From Candidatus Cloacimonadota bacterium (GTDB lineage Bacteria > Muiribacteriota > UBA6191): 64,000 nt of DNA. Positions 29,612 through 41,400 of the stretch are shown here, piece by piece. The stretch lies in NCBI GenBank assembly GCA_023954715.1, contig JAGSHD010000006.1, positions 132,515 to 196,514 on the forward strand, given 5' to 3'. The position numbers and the translations under genes are program-made. How positions within the stretch are numbered: the first letter of the stretch is position 1; the number at the start of each line of letters is the position of its first letter. The notes beneath the pieces are model-generated. The model ran no database searches and had not been told where the DNA came from. It saw only the letters and a list, made by a program, of their open reading frames with translations.

Positions 29612-30529
29612 CTATTGCATTTTTGCAACTTCTTCTGCGAAATCTTCAACTTTTTTCTCGATACCTTCACCAAGAACAAATCTCTTAAATCGGTTGATTG
29701 ATACATCAGTACCTAATTTAGTACTTACATCTTTAACCAATTGATTGATTTTAGTTTTAGTTTCTTTTACAAATGGTTGCTCAAGCAAACAGATTTCTCC
29801 GTAGTACTTATTAACTTTACCAAGAGCAATTTTTTCAAGCATTTCTTCTTTTTTGCCTTGCTCTCTCATTTGATCTTTATAAATAGCTACTTCTTTATCG
29901 ATTTCTTCACTTGGAACTTCATCACGCTTTAAATAAGCTGGAGCTGCTGCTGCAATGTGCATAGCGATATCTTGATAAAAATCAACAAATACATCGTTAC
30001 TTACGCAAGAAGTATCAGCTACTCCTAATTCAACCATAACACCGATGCTACCACCAGCGTGGATATAAGTATGAACATAACCACTGTCTACAGAATACTT
30101 CACAAATCTTCTTGGTGTAATTTTTTCACCAATTTTAGCTACTTGCTCAGTAATTACTTGCTCAACTTTAACGCCGTTAAGCTCGCTAGACATAAGACCA
30201 TCTACGTTTTCTACATCAGAGCTTTCAATCAACTTAGTTAAGTCAGAAGCTAACGACTGAAACGCTGGGTTTTTACCAACAAAGTCAGTTTCACAGTTTA
30301 ACTCAAACAATGCACCAGTAGATTTATCTTCACCAACATAAGCACAAATTGTACCTTCTGCTGCAATTCTACCTGCTTTTTTACCAGATGCTGCTAATCC
30401 TTTTGTTCTCAAAAAGTCAACCGCAGCTTCCATGTCACCATCGCATTCTACTAATGCTTTTTTACAATCCATCATTCCAGCTTGAGTTTTTTCTCTTAAC
30501 GCCTTAACGTCCTTTGCAGAAATTGCCAT
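29612..30529 (-). CDS. tsf: Elongation factor Ts
   Basis: MAISAKDVKALREKTQAGMMDCKKAL N-terminus. Confidence 0.95.
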   Translation of the reverse strand: MAISAKDVKALREKTQAGMMDCKKALVECDGDMEAAVDFLRTKGLAASGKKAGRIAAEGTICAYVGEDKSTGALFELNCETDFVGKNPAFQSLASDLTKLIESSDVENVDGLMSSELNGVKVEQVITEQVAKIGEKITPRRFVKYSVDSGYVHTYIHAGGSIGVMVELGVADTSCVSNDVFVDFYQDIAMHIAAAAPAYLKRDEVPSEEIDKEVAIYKDQMREQGKKEEMLEKIALGKVNKYYGEICLLEQPFVKETKTKINQLVKDVSTKLGTDVSINRFKRFVLGEGIEKKVEDFAEEVAKMQ

Positions 30530-30784
30530 TTCTTAATCCTTTTTACCAAAAAGTTTATCATGCTTTTGGTTCACATCTATGAAACGAAGAGTCCTTAGAG
30601 TTTTAACGACTTCATTCCTCATAGTTATTTAATATTAAATAGTATCAATAACTCGATACATAGTTTTTTTTATTAATTTATCTAAGTCCTATACCTATTG
30701 GTTTAGACATCAGATTAATCGAATAAAACTTGTATTTGGCCCTCTATAGAGAAGACCAAATCAAGTTCTATAGCAAAGCGGTAA

Positions 30785-31504
30785 CTAGTTAGCTACTTCT
30801 TTGTCTTGCTTAGCTTTTCTTTGTTCTTTGCCTTCCATAACAGCTTCAGAAATATAGCTAGTAATAATTTTGATTGCTCTCATAGCATCATCATTACCAG
30901 GAATTATATGCTGAATTTTGTCAGGATTACAGTTAGAATCTGTAATAGCAACGATTGGAATTCCAAGCTTGTTACACTCATCAACAGCGATATGTTCTCT
31001 ATTTGGATCAACGATGAATACGATTTCAGGAAGCTTTTCCATATCTCGGATACCGTTTAAGTTTCTAGTTAACTTATCTAGTTCCTTCATTCTTTTAGAT
31101 CGTTCTTTTTTACCAAGTAAATCCATATCTCCATTTTCTACCATTCTTTCTAACTTTTTTAAGTATGCAATTCTTTGTCGAATTGTTTTATAGTTAGTAA
31201 GTGTTCCACCAAGCCATCTGCTATTGATATAATAACAACCTGCTTCTTCTGCATTTTCTCTAACGATATCAGAAGCTTGCTTTTTAGTAGAAATGAATAA
31301 GATATTAGCACCTTTTTTAGATACTTTTTTCATTGCAGTACATGCTTTTACAATTAACTTTACAGTCTTTTGTAAATCGATAATGTGAATTCCATTTCTT
31401 TTAGTGTGTAGGTATGGAGCCATTCTTGGATCCCATTTTGAACTTGAATGTCCGAAGTGTACGCCTGCCTCTAAAAGACCTTTAATTGAAACTCGTGGTA
31501 ACAT
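30785..31504 (-). CDS. rpsB: 30S ribosomal protein S2
   Basis: Start reset to MLPRVSIKGLLEAGVHFGH with an AAGGAG RBS. The longer ORF extension runs through the leader. Confidence 0.92.
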   Translation of the reverse strand: MLPRVSIKGLLEAGVHFGHSSSKWDPRMAPYLHTKRNGIHIIDLQKTVKLIVKACTAMKKVSKKGANILFISTKKQASDIVRENAEEAGCYYINSRWLGGTLTNYKTIRQRIAYLKKLERMVENGDMDLLGKKERSKRMKELDKLTRNLNGIRDMEKLPEIVFIVDPNREHIAVDECNKLGIPIVAITDSNCNPDKIQHIIPGNDDAMRAIKIITSYISEAVMEGKEQRKAKQDKEVAN

Positions 31505-31600
31505 ATTCTCTCCTTTTGGTTGTTTTGTTCCTGTGCCATTGCAAGCGAACCCGAGGGTCACCGAGCCTACAACGAAAAACGGCATAAGAATCTTAATTTA
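31505..31600 (-). promoter_or_regulatory. GC-rich structured 5' leader of rpsB (candidate S2 autoregulatory element)
   Basis: ~95-nt segment that is locally far more GC-rich than the ~35% window average and rich in inverted repeats (GGCTCGGTGACCCTCGGGTTCGC...). Confidence 0.4.
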
Positions 31601-31697
31601 AATATTGTCCGCCATATTAAAAAACTGAGTCTCTAAAGTCAATTTTTTATTGTAAAATCCCGAATTAGAATACAACGAACCCCATTAAGGAACCATA

Positions 31698-33503
31698 ATG
31701 TTTAATTATTTGAATAGGATTACTTTTATTAGATCCAATCGGCTAGTCATATCAAGTCTTTTCATAGCCCTTATTTTTATTGGCTGCGGTGGAAAAGGTT
31801 TAGAAGAACTATCTGATTCTGCTACTACAATCAAATCTTCCACCCTTATATTTGGCTCAGTATATAATAAAGATGAAGATCATGTAGGGCGTAATGTTCA
31901 AATCTCCGTCAATCCCGGTTTTGCTAAGACAGTCAGTGATGATAACGGTAACTTCTTTTTTGATGATTTAGCTAAAGGTAGCTACACCATCATAGCTTCT
32001 TCAGGAAACTACGTAACATCAACTCATATTTCAACAGTTTCGACTGACTTTTTGAGTGTAGATCTTAATTTTGGTAATGATAGTCGAAACGCAAATGATA
32101 TAAACTTTTTTGAAAACAATAGTCTTTTGACAAAAAAGATTGCTGATGACTCTACTTTACCCGTATATAATTCACTGTTAAGTTTTCTTCCTATAAATTT
32201 TTCATATATCGATAGTATTGATTGGAGCCCTGTTACCGAAAACCTAATTTTACTATCTGCGTCTACATTACCGCAATCGGACCCTAATAGTAGACTAGAT
32301 ATCTATCTTTTTAATATCACCACTAAAGAGCTAAAGCTTTTAGTACAAGATACTATAAATAATAATTCAGCTAGTGACCCCTCTTTTTCACCAACAGGAA
32401 CTAAGTTTGCCTATCTTTTGGATAAACGAATATTTCATGCGTCGATTACTAATCTGGTAACCAACCCTGTTGAATTGATTCGAAACCAATCCCTCCTATT
32501 TAGAACGCCTAATGGTCATCTATTTTTAAAACAAGACTACCTAAACGAAGAAGCAGGATTGGTATATGTAGACACTCAAAAACCAGCTACAACTGTTCCT
32601 ACTGTTGGTAATCTACATAAAACATATCCAACGATCAATCGGCCAGAAAGCGCTGTATTTTTCAACCGTTTAAATACTTATTTTAATGGATTATGCCAAC
32701 AAAACTTAAATAACTTTGCTTTTTGCCAAGATGTTACTATTCAGACATGTAACGCTGCCACCCCTATTACAGACCATACCCTACCACCACTTACTTGCCC
32801 AACCTTCTATCCGCAAGACCTTAGTGTCAGTGGTCAAGTCAATGCATCCACACTATTTGATGCTACAAACTTTCCGGCTGATTGTCCTGTTGAATTTAAA
32901 AAACCAGTATGGTCACCGAAAGGAAACTCTATCGCTTTTTTAGCTAAACCTAAAGGATGTACTGGAGCCCGCCCTACAGTGTGTGGTAGAACCTGTGACG
33001 ACACAAATTTAGAAGTCTTTGTATCTTTCATAGACTATCAAAGAGATAACATTGCTGATCAAACTAACTATTATAGTACCAATGATTTTGAGCAATTGGA
33101 CAAATTTTCTGTCATGCAAATTACCCAAAACTCTCTAGAAGAGGATAATATCTCTTGGGACCCTTTGGGACATACAGTTCTATACGATCAAATATCTGTT
33201 TTCAATAATATTTCTACCTATTTTTTAATCGCATCTAGTCCTAGCGAAAGAGGATTGTTTTCACGTACTTTACTTCTTAACGGAAAGCTTCCTCATCAAG
33301 CTACGGTGAGCTACGATGGTGCCAAAATTGCATATATTTCAAACAATATTACTGCTGAAAATAGCTTTGGGTTTCCTCAAGTTTTTGTTGGAGACTTTAA
33401 AGGCACAGTCAGCAATGCAAAACCAACTACTAAGTATAATACTACCAAAGATCTACGTAGACCTCTTTTTTACAAGATTTTCCCAGATGCATATAGTCAA
33501 TAG
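31698..33503 (+). CDS. Lipoprotein with carboxypeptidase-regulatory-like domain and TolB-like (PD40) beta-propeller
   Basis: Lipobox IGCGG. DDNGNFFFDDLAKGSYTI. Repeated WSP/FSPtG propeller motifs. Confidence 0.65.
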   Translation: MFNYLNRITFIRSNRLVISSLFIALIFIGCGGKGLEELSDSATTIKSSTLIFGSVYNKDEDHVGRNVQISVNPGFAKTVSDDNGNFFFDDLAKGSYTIIASSGNYVTSTHISTVSTDFLSVDLNFGNDSRNANDINFFENNSLLTKKIADDSTLPVYNSLLSFLPINFSYIDSIDWSPVTENLILLSASTLPQSDPNSRLDIYLFNITTKELKLLVQDTINNNSASDPSFSPTGTKFAYLLDKRIFHASITNLVTNPVELIRNQSLLFRTPNGHLFLKQDYLNEEAGLVYVDTQKPATTVPTVGNLHKTYPTINRPESAVFFNRLNTYFNGLCQQNLNNFAFCQDVTIQTCNAATPITDHTLPPLTCPTFYPQDLSVSGQVNASTLFDATNFPADCPVEFKKPVWSPKGNSIAFLAKPKGCTGARPTVCGRTCDDTNLEVFVSFIDYQRDNIADQTNYYSTNDFEQLDKFSVMQITQNSLEEDNISWDPLGHTVLYDQISVFNNISTYFLIASSPSERGLFSRTLLLNGKLPHQATVSYDGAKIAYISNNITAENSFGFPQVFVGDFKGTVSNAKPTTKYNTTKDLRRPLFYKIFPDAYSQ

Positions 33504-33555
33504 GCTTTGATATTATTTGAGGTGAGTCTCAACGATGTTGAACTTGGATACTATC

Positions 33556-35601
33556 TTAAAACTGATTTTTGTAGCTTAAACTAATGTTTTCACTAGATCC
33601 ATGACTTAAGTTGCCAGCAAGACTCTGATCTTCCCACTTATAACTAAATTTCAGGCTCTTGTCCCAATTAGCATTTAAAGGATAGTCAAAATCTACATGG
33701 GCTTCTTTGAGTTGCTGTGTCTGTCTATTGAATAGCCCACTATTTTTCCAAATAGCTGCGCCCATATTCATAGTCATAGGTCCACCAACTCTTGATGACA
33801 AGTCTGCTCCTAGTCCTATGCGTGTATTTGCAGAACCATTCACATCTTCACGTCTTTCATGTTGCACGAAAGCCGATGGACTAAACTCTTTATTTCTTTT
33901 GGAATAAAATGCTCTAGTACCCAAGTAAACCACAGTCTCTTCTTCATTTTTTGTTGATAAAACTTTATCATAAGTTGATCGATGTTGGAGTCGTGTATCG
34001 ACCTCAAATCGCTTGAAAGACTTCATTAGATACACATTATGTGTATTTGACTCTAATAACCTACTTCGATCATCTGACTCTTCACGAGACTCATGATACA
34101 TATAGTCAAAAAACACACCATCCATGGAAAACAAGTCGTTTAAATGAAATGATAGAGATGGTCTTATTGTATTCATTGACAATGAATCAATTGTTTCTTG
34201 GTCTTTTCTATACATGGAACGTATATCCCAACTTCCCCAGTTAGAATATTGCCCAACATATATTTCAAGCTCACTAAATGAGTTTAACTCATAAGCCATT
34301 GGTGTATACAAGTCTTTACTATAGTCTTGAATTTTTAGGCCACTAGAGTTATGCCCATCATCATAATCTAAAAACAAATTCAGTCCAAAGCCCCCGCGAT
34401 CATTCCCCACACTTTTGGTGTGCAGTGATGAATTCATTTCAAGGTCTAATGTCAAATGTTCTGATAGCTTTGAATCATGAGAAAAACTAATGTTATGAGC
34501 ATCATTTCGTGTGCTATTGGCATTTGCTGCATAGTACATATATCCCAAAGAAAACTTTTTCCCACTGTCATATTCTTTTTCAACAGAAAAACCAGCTACT
34601 TGATCATATTGTTTGCTATAATCATCAAATGTGTCTTCTCTATTTTCAACGATTCCTAGATAAGCAGAAACCCAAGTATCTTGTCGTGAAGATATCTTTC
34701 TTGAGCTATGAATTCCTCGAAATTCCCGTGCCACAGATAACTTGCCTAAATCCAAAAACGTGTCACCAATAGTAAACTTAGAGCGATCTCCTCGCCATTG
34801 TAGCTGCATCAACTCAAGGTCATAGTCTCCTTTAGATCTTAAACTCGAACTTCCAGCTATAATAGAATAGTCCGAAGTAAACTCATAACCTTTGTGACTA
34901 GTAGCGGTCTTCACATGATGTCTACCTTTGGCATATACTCCATCATGTCTTAACTGATCCGCAGTAAAACCATTTAAAGTTGTCGTACCTACTTCTAATT
35001 CTTGACTATATTTTTGTTGTTTATTGTCCTGATACTCAAAGTATGCAGCTAGTTTACCTTCAACAATTTTTTTCGATAACTTTTTATCACTCACTTCTAA
35101 AAAGCTCAATGCATCTATTTTGTTATATAAGCTTAATAACTCAGATGGTTTGGTGTTTTCAAACAGGTTTTTCACTATCTCGTATTGATTTTCTGTTTTT
35201 ACTTTAGATAATAAAAACTTCTTCAAAATCAATCTTTTCTCTGCATCATCCCCAAGTTCTATAAATGAAAACTCACCCTTTTTTGTTGTTGTTTTAATAT
35301 GGGCTAGATTTCGCTTTTCCTGATCATCTAGCATCCTCATCATCACAACCTTCTCTGTAGAGTTGATGAAAGGAATCCTAGATACAACAGTTTTAGCATC
35401 GTCTTTAGAGATTTTTAGCTTTAGAATTCTAGCAACTAGCTCTTTTGAATGTTTAGTATTTGCTCGTACTGTTAAATACTGAGCAAATTCATTGGAAAAT
35501 ATAATAGTCTCTTTAAAAGATGCATAGACACAAGAAGACATTGCAAACCCTAAAAGGGTTGCTTTGACTATTTTATGGCTATATGGCAAACAAAGATTCA
35601 T
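33556..35601 (-). CDS. Large outer-membrane beta-barrel protein (hypothetical)
   Basis: Signal peptide. Alternating hydrophobic strands. C-terminal ...YKNQF with terminal Phe. Confidence 0.65.
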   Translation of the reverse strand: MNLCLPYSHKIVKATLLGFAMSSCVYASFKETIIFSNEFAQYLTVRANTKHSKELVARILKLKISKDDAKTVVSRIPFINSTEKVVMMRMLDDQEKRNLAHIKTTTKKGEFSFIELGDDAEKRLILKKFLLSKVKTENQYEIVKNLFENTKPSELLSLYNKIDALSFLEVSDKKLSKKIVEGKLAAYFEYQDNKQQKYSQELEVGTTTLNGFTADQLRHDGVYAKGRHHVKTATSHKGYEFTSDYSIIAGSSSLRSKGDYDLELMQLQWRGDRSKFTIGDTFLDLGKLSVAREFRGIHSSRKISSRQDTWVSAYLGIVENREDTFDDYSKQYDQVAGFSVEKEYDSGKKFSLGYMYYAANANSTRNDAHNISFSHDSKLSEHLTLDLEMNSSLHTKSVGNDRGGFGLNLFLDYDDGHNSSGLKIQDYSKDLYTPMAYELNSFSELEIYVGQYSNWGSWDIRSMYRKDQETIDSLSMNTIRPSLSFHLNDLFSMDGVFFDYMYHESREESDDRSRLLESNTHNVYLMKSFKRFEVDTRLQHRSTYDKVLSTKNEEETVVYLGTRAFYSKRNKEFSPSAFVQHERREDVNGSANTRIGLGADLSSRVGGPMTMNMGAAIWKNSGLFNRQTQQLKEAHVDFDYPLNANWDKSLKFSYKWEDQSLAGNLSHGSSENISLSYKNQF

Positions 35602-35840
35602 ACTTTCCTAATTCAAAAACAAACAAACTCCAACCGTATCGTATAGTAAAAGTCCAATACCTTAAAATATGGTCAATCACTAGCTCAAATACAATGAGTT
35701 TTTGTTATGGTATTTATCGGAGTAAGGGGACTTCTATTTGATAGAATAGTAAGTATTCATGGTCATTTCAGGCACTAATTTCTTAGCTAATAGATTAAAC
35801 TAAATTTTGGGTTTTCTTTGTGGAATTGAGTATATATTAA

Positions 35841-37490
35841 TCAATCAACAAATGAGATAGCATGAAATTTTCCCCAATTTCCTCTACTATCTTGAGCATG
35901 TACAAAGAGCCTATAGTTTCGGAATCCAGGACGAAGTAATATTCTAAACTGCTCGAGTCTTTCATCAAATTTTCCATCTAATGCAAGAACCTTTATACCT
36001 CGTCCATCAGATGATGTTGAATCCAAAAAGTACTCCACTCTTTTAATGATTGAAGTTTCATCTTCAGCTGTTAGATTCACTACCGTGTTAGCACCTTTTA
36101 CTTTGGTCACTATAAAGCTCCCTATTACTTTAGGGCCTCTATAATCGACTCTGTTTTTAGAGTAGTTTTTAATGAATGGAAAATCACCTGTCAAACTCTT
36201 AGGAGTAAATCCTAGTTTCGAGTCTTGTTTAAAAAGTATTCTAAATGTACCACTTTCTTTTATCGCTTCTAGATTACTTCTTGTGGTGGTGATTTTGTTA
36301 AATTTGACTACAATTTGCAGTTTATTTTTAAGCTCCATATATCTCAGTATTTCAAAATGAATACTTTGATGAGATACTTCTCTAAACTCTTGCATTAAAT
36401 CTTCAACTATTAATCTACTTACATTTTTAATAGGACGAAGCACATTTGATAATCTAAATGCATTCTTTCGTTTAAATGACTCTGATAGTTCACTCAACCA
36501 GTTTTCAATGAAGTCTTTGTTTCCTCGCTCACTATAGCTAAAATCAAGATTATTATGTTTTACATCATAAAATTTATCAAAATCTCTCAATCTAAATTGA
36601 ATAGAATATTGTCCTTCTTTTGGAAACCTTTTTACTAAAAAACCTTCTTTATACACTACATCAAAAAAGTTATTTCCTTCATCTAGTGACATTTGTAATA
36701 TTTGATGAGGAAGTCGGTTTTCGATAGTTCCTTCAAATCTCAATTTACCCATGATTAAATCAGCAGAGCCAAAAGTTGGATTATCTCCCATTTCTTCTAC
36801 AGTTAAACCATTTATTGTAAAGTCTCGCAAGTGAACTGTTTCACTTTCATAGCTTTCTGAAAAATCTCGTAGATAAACTGGAATAGGCCATGAACTTTCT
36901 AATCTATACCAAGAAAAGAGTCTTCGAGACTGAGCTGCATCGATGGATAACTTTCTTGAAATCCTATCATTTTCTACAAAGGCTGACTCTCCAGCTTCTA
37001 GAATAATTTGTAAGTCTTGAAATCGTAAATTTAACTTCCCGTCTAAACAGAAGACTTCTAAAAAACCTCGTTGCTCATCAACATGAATCAAAAAATCTCC
37101 ATTGGATGACTCAATGGTACCCATTGGTGTCATAATTTCAAACTCTGTTGGCTTCGGTCGATTTTCATGAAGTAAGTTAAAAAAATATTGACCTTTTAAC
37201 AATTGTAGGCCAATAGTATTTTTACGCTTTAATGATACTCCCTTAAAGACCGAGTGCTCTGTTATTTTAACCTGATCTCCCGTTTTATATTTTAAAAGAG
37301 CAAAAGCATTATCTTCAACTTTTACAAAGCTATTCGTATAAAAGCCTCGATCGTTGGAGATCAACTTATTTTCAGGACCTGTTACAAAAACTCGACCTTT
37401 TTTAATGGCGAATTCTGCTATGTGTTCTTGGGTGTAACTTAATGTACTAATTATTAAAAATATAGGAAATAATATAGGTAGAGATTTCAT
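35841..37490 (-). CDS. Secreted hypothetical protein with FecR-like N-terminal region
   Basis: Signal peptide. N-terminal segment resembles a FecR domain. 1-nt gap to the upstream MBL gene. Confidence 0.5.
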   Translation of the reverse strand: MKSLPILFPIFLIISTLSYTQEHIAEFAIKKGRVFVTGPENKLISNDRGFYTNSFVKVEDNAFALLKYKTGDQVKITEHSVFKGVSLKRKNTIGLQLLKGQYFFNLLHENRPKPTEFEIMTPMGTIESSNGDFLIHVDEQRGFLEVFCLDGKLNLRFQDLQIILEAGESAFVENDRISRKLSIDAAQSRRLFSWYRLESSWPIPVYLRDFSESYESETVHLRDFTINGLTVEEMGDNPTFGSADLIMGKLRFEGTIENRLPHQILQMSLDEGNNFFDVVYKEGFLVKRFPKEGQYSIQFRLRDFDKFYDVKHNNLDFSYSERGNKDFIENWLSELSESFKRKNAFRLSNVLRPIKNVSRLIVEDLMQEFREVSHQSIHFEILRYMELKNKLQIVVKFNKITTTRSNLEAIKESGTFRILFKQDSKLGFTPKSLTGDFPFIKNYSKNRVDYRGPKVIGSFIVTKVKGANTVVNLTAEDETSIIKRVEYFLDSTSSDGRGIKVLALDGKFDERLEQFRILLRPGFRNYRLFVHAQDSRGNWGKFHAISFVD

Positions 37491-37491
37491 T

Positions 37492-38325
37492 TTAAATCTC
37501 TATTTCTTGACCTTCATACGCAGCCGAAAAGATGACTCCATCATCTTCAAACTCAGCGTTAGCATCAATCACCATTTGATCAATAAACTCATCGTCATGA
37601 TCTGGATCATGATGAATCATAAGGAGGTTTTTGGCCTCACCTTGAATCATCAAATTACCCGCAGCTCGCCAAGTAGAATGTCCAAAGCTAACTCTCATAG
37701 GATATTCATCCGGTGTGTACTGACAATCATAAGCGGCCATGTCACACCCTCGCACCAATTCAACTAATGCAGGATCTGGATCTTCATCCGATATATGCTC
37801 AATATCAGTCATTAACACAAATATTTTACCATTATCATTAAATCGCATACCAATCACACCATTTGGATGATTCATTGGTATATAAGACATGGTGAAACCG
37901 TTTCCAAAATCCACTTCTCCACGAATGTCTAAATCAGTAAAGCTCAAGCTCGCACCCATTATAGACAAAGGAACCGGAAAATTTGGAGGGCTCATTAAGT
38001 GTTTATCTAAGATATCTTTGGCTGAAAGCTCTCCCTTTCTTTGTCCATAAATATGGATTTTGTTTCCGGGGATAAAGGAAGGTACAAAAAATGGAAAACC
38101 TAGAATGTGGTCCCAATGGTAATGTGTAAAAACTAAATGGACTTCTACGGGTAATGACTTTAAAAGGGATGCGCCTAAAGACCGAATACCTGTTCCTGCA
38201 TCGACAATAACTCGAGTACCTGCATCTGAAATAATTTCATAACAGCTCGAGCTTCCGCCATATCTCATATAGTTCTGGGACGAGACCGGTGTAGATCCTC
38301 TTGAGCCCCATATTCTAACTAACAT
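37492..38325 (-). CDS. MBL-fold metallo-hydrolase
   Basis: THYHWDH (HxHxDH) motif. Conserved downstream His and Asp. Confidence 0.8.
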   Translation of the reverse strand: MLVRIWGSRGSTPVSSQNYMRYGGSSSCYEIISDAGTRVIVDAGTGIRSLGASLLKSLPVEVHLVFTHYHWDHILGFPFFVPSFIPGNKIHIYGQRKGELSAKDILDKHLMSPPNFPVPLSIMGASLSFTDLDIRGEVDFGNGFTMSYIPMNHPNGVIGMRFNDNGKIFVLMTDIEHISDEDPDPALVELVRGCDMAAYDCQYTPDEYPMRVSFGHSTWRAAGNLMIQGEAKNLLMIHHDPDHDDEFIDQMVIDANAEFEDDGVIFSAAYEGQEIEI

Positions 38326-38467
38326 AGTATTACCTAATGCATTGCCTTATATCTTTTATTTAACCATCACTATCATGATGATTTATAATAGTTTTTCACA
38401 TCTAGATTTACGTGAATTTATTCAATTCAATAAAGTCACTTATACCTTTGTCGACACTTAATTGAAA

Positions 38468-41400
38468 CTACTTAATAATAGCAAGCTTCACTATTTTCTT
38501 ATTTGTATTTCCATCCGAATCTTCAATCTGAATTTTCATGAAATAAATACCATTAGCTAAGGAGTCTAAATTAAATTGGTCTAATGGTAAATAGCTATCT
38601 TTGGATATTTGCCCCATATTTTGACTATGTATCCTAGAGGAAGCCGAATCATACAAAGATAAGTGTACTTTTGTCGCTGTTCTATTTAACTTTAGTTTAA
38701 GTTGAGCGTTACTTGATCGTATGGGATTTGGTACAACAATGCTTTCTTGAAAAGCAATAGGCCCTACTGGCTTAACTAAAAGGCTTAATGACTTAGAATT
38801 ACCTAGGTAATCCATAGCATTAATTTCAACATTATTCATCTGACCTTGCTGTAGTTTGGACTTACTAACTCTGATAAACGAATCTTCATCATAAGTTACA
38901 GAATGAAGTGAGTTATTAATTTTAACCTTTAATGCATCAAGGTTAACCCCTACACCTAAATCTTCTACTTTTATAAGTAGATCACTTTCTAAAGCTTCTA
39001 AGTCAATACTTTGATCAATCTCCAAGATCGGGTTTTTACTGTCTTCTATCAAAAGTAGCTTAGATGGATTAGATGACGATAGATATATTTTATCATCTTG
39101 CATAATCTGTGTTTGATAAGTCAAACCATCAACTGAAGACTCCATCACAGCGTATTTTCCCACATTGCCTTTTACATAGTCATTTAAATTAATCTCAAAG
39201 TTACTATCCTTTGCTAGACTCGTCTTAGGAAACATATTAAAGAGTGGGAGATTGTCTTGATTAACTTTTTGATTTGTAGTCCAAGGAAATACGTAAAATG
39301 TGGGTTCTATTCTTGAGACCGCCTGAGAGATCTCACTTACTTTTGATTGAGAAAAAGCTAATCTCTTGACTTGAAAAGGAATCACTCTAGTTATCGAGTT
39401 ACCTTGAACATCTACTCCGGTAATTTCGATTTGTAAAGAGCCCGACAGATTTAAGTTTAAAAGATATCCTCCATGAAAAGCTGAGCTTGTTAACCTCGTG
39501 AGATTAACTATCTGTATTTCATCTGCTGTAGATTGAGTGCCTGGATCTTTCAACTGTCTAATCTGCATATAAGGCAATTGAGATACGTCTTCATCGGTAC
39601 CCCCCTTTTGATGTAAGCCTTTAATTACAAATATAATCTCATTATCATTGGAAGGATGCGAAAAAATTCTAAATTCAAAATATGGGCCTAGGTCTACCTC
39701 GAAGTTATGTGTCCGAGTTAGGCCAACATTATTTGATAGATCATAATAGTTTTCAACTTTAATATAACCTAATCCATTGTAATCAACATCCCCGTCTTCA
39801 GGTAGAATTTTAAAGTTACCTACATATTTGTTACCCTCATAGCTCAATTGATTTAATGTAATCGGAGGGTAAACTTCTATAACTTCTTGATTAAAAGCAT
39901 TTACAATTGTCTTAGATGCTGGATAAAAACGTACAAGAGGAGTTTTGCTAGTATCCATATTTTCAGTAAAAGTAATATGAAACCTTAAATCTCCGTTTAG
40001 TATTGTCCCTTGTAAATTATCTGGTAAAATTGTTCGGTCAAACCCATAGTTTTCTACATCAGGGATACTTCTATCCATTATAATTGTCCTACCATTGGAC
40101 GTTTCACTCCGTTGATTAATTCCATCAATTGCAATTACTCTCCATGACGCCACACCTTCTTGTAAAAAACCCAAATTTACATCGGCTTGAATGGTCTCTC
40201 TATCAAAAGGAAACTCTGTTGAATTATTATCTTTATCTGTTATCACCAAAACATAACTATTTGCAGTAGGCTCAGTTTTCCACTCGAAACGCTGAATACC
40301 TCCAGAAAGTCGATAACCATCAATTGGAGAAACTAATTGAGGTGGACTAAGTAGATCAGAGTTTAAAGACAAGTCCTTAATAACATATCTTTCATTTCCA
40401 GCTTTATCGATAGCTCTAAAGGTTAAACGTACATCACCTTTAAAGTTATAAAATTTCTGTGAAAATTGAAACTCAAACTTTTGACTCTTTGGATAATTGA
40501 CTAGCTTTTTGTTTAAAGGGACTTCCGTCCAAGCCAATACCTCAGGATAGGTGGCTGAGCCAATATTATTTACTGACTCTACTCGTACTTCTACTTTTTG
40601 AACTCCTAGCCCATTTGTACCACCAAAAAGCGGGTATGCAGAGTTTATGACTTGCTCATCTTGCGCAAAACCAGAAAACTCCAGTACCCCAGAGGTTATC
40701 CATATATCATTATTTAAAGCAATGCTTAAATTTGGTGTTATTGTGTCATACATAAAATACGATGTACTTATTTCACCAACATTTAGGCTCAAGTCTACAG
40801 GTAGAATCTCCATCTTATAAATACCATCCATGGAACCATCGGTCTGTAAGCCAATAGGATCTAAAGATACAGGATCTACGTTTAATTCAAAAAGTAACCT
40901 ACCAACTAAAGGTCCCCCAAATACTGGTGCATTGCCACTTGCATCTGCCTTAAATTTGATCCGAGAAGAAGTTATCAATCCAGCTGGTACCGAACCAAAT
41001 GGATGCTCTAAGCGTAAAACTACAGTAGATGTGGGTAAAGTGTTTTGTGAATCTGTTTGAGCACGTAAACCAGACCCTAAGTAGCCATTGCTAGACCTTT
41101 GATCAAATATATATGAAGATAAAATATTTAAGGGGCCTTTTACTACACTTCTGTTAGAGGGTATTCGTGAGTCTCTTTGTTCAAATCCATCTGGAATTGG
41201 AAAATTGATTCCATCCATTACAGATGGTACTTTAGTATCATAAGTATATTGATATACTTTTGGGTTTGATACATTGCCAGCAATATCTGAAATAGTGGCG
41301 TTGGCTACCAATATCCCATCATCTGTTCCGTCTTTTAGTAGGTCTTCTTTAAAATGAAATTTAACACTTGAACTGCTCACAGACTGGGGCTTAGATACTT

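Noticed and set aside
31505-31585. N-terminal extension of rpsB (MPFFVVGSVTLGFACNGTGTKQPKGEN...)
   Set aside because: Canonical S2 begins at MLPRVSIKGLLEAGVHFGH with a good RBS. The extension reads through the GC-rich leader.
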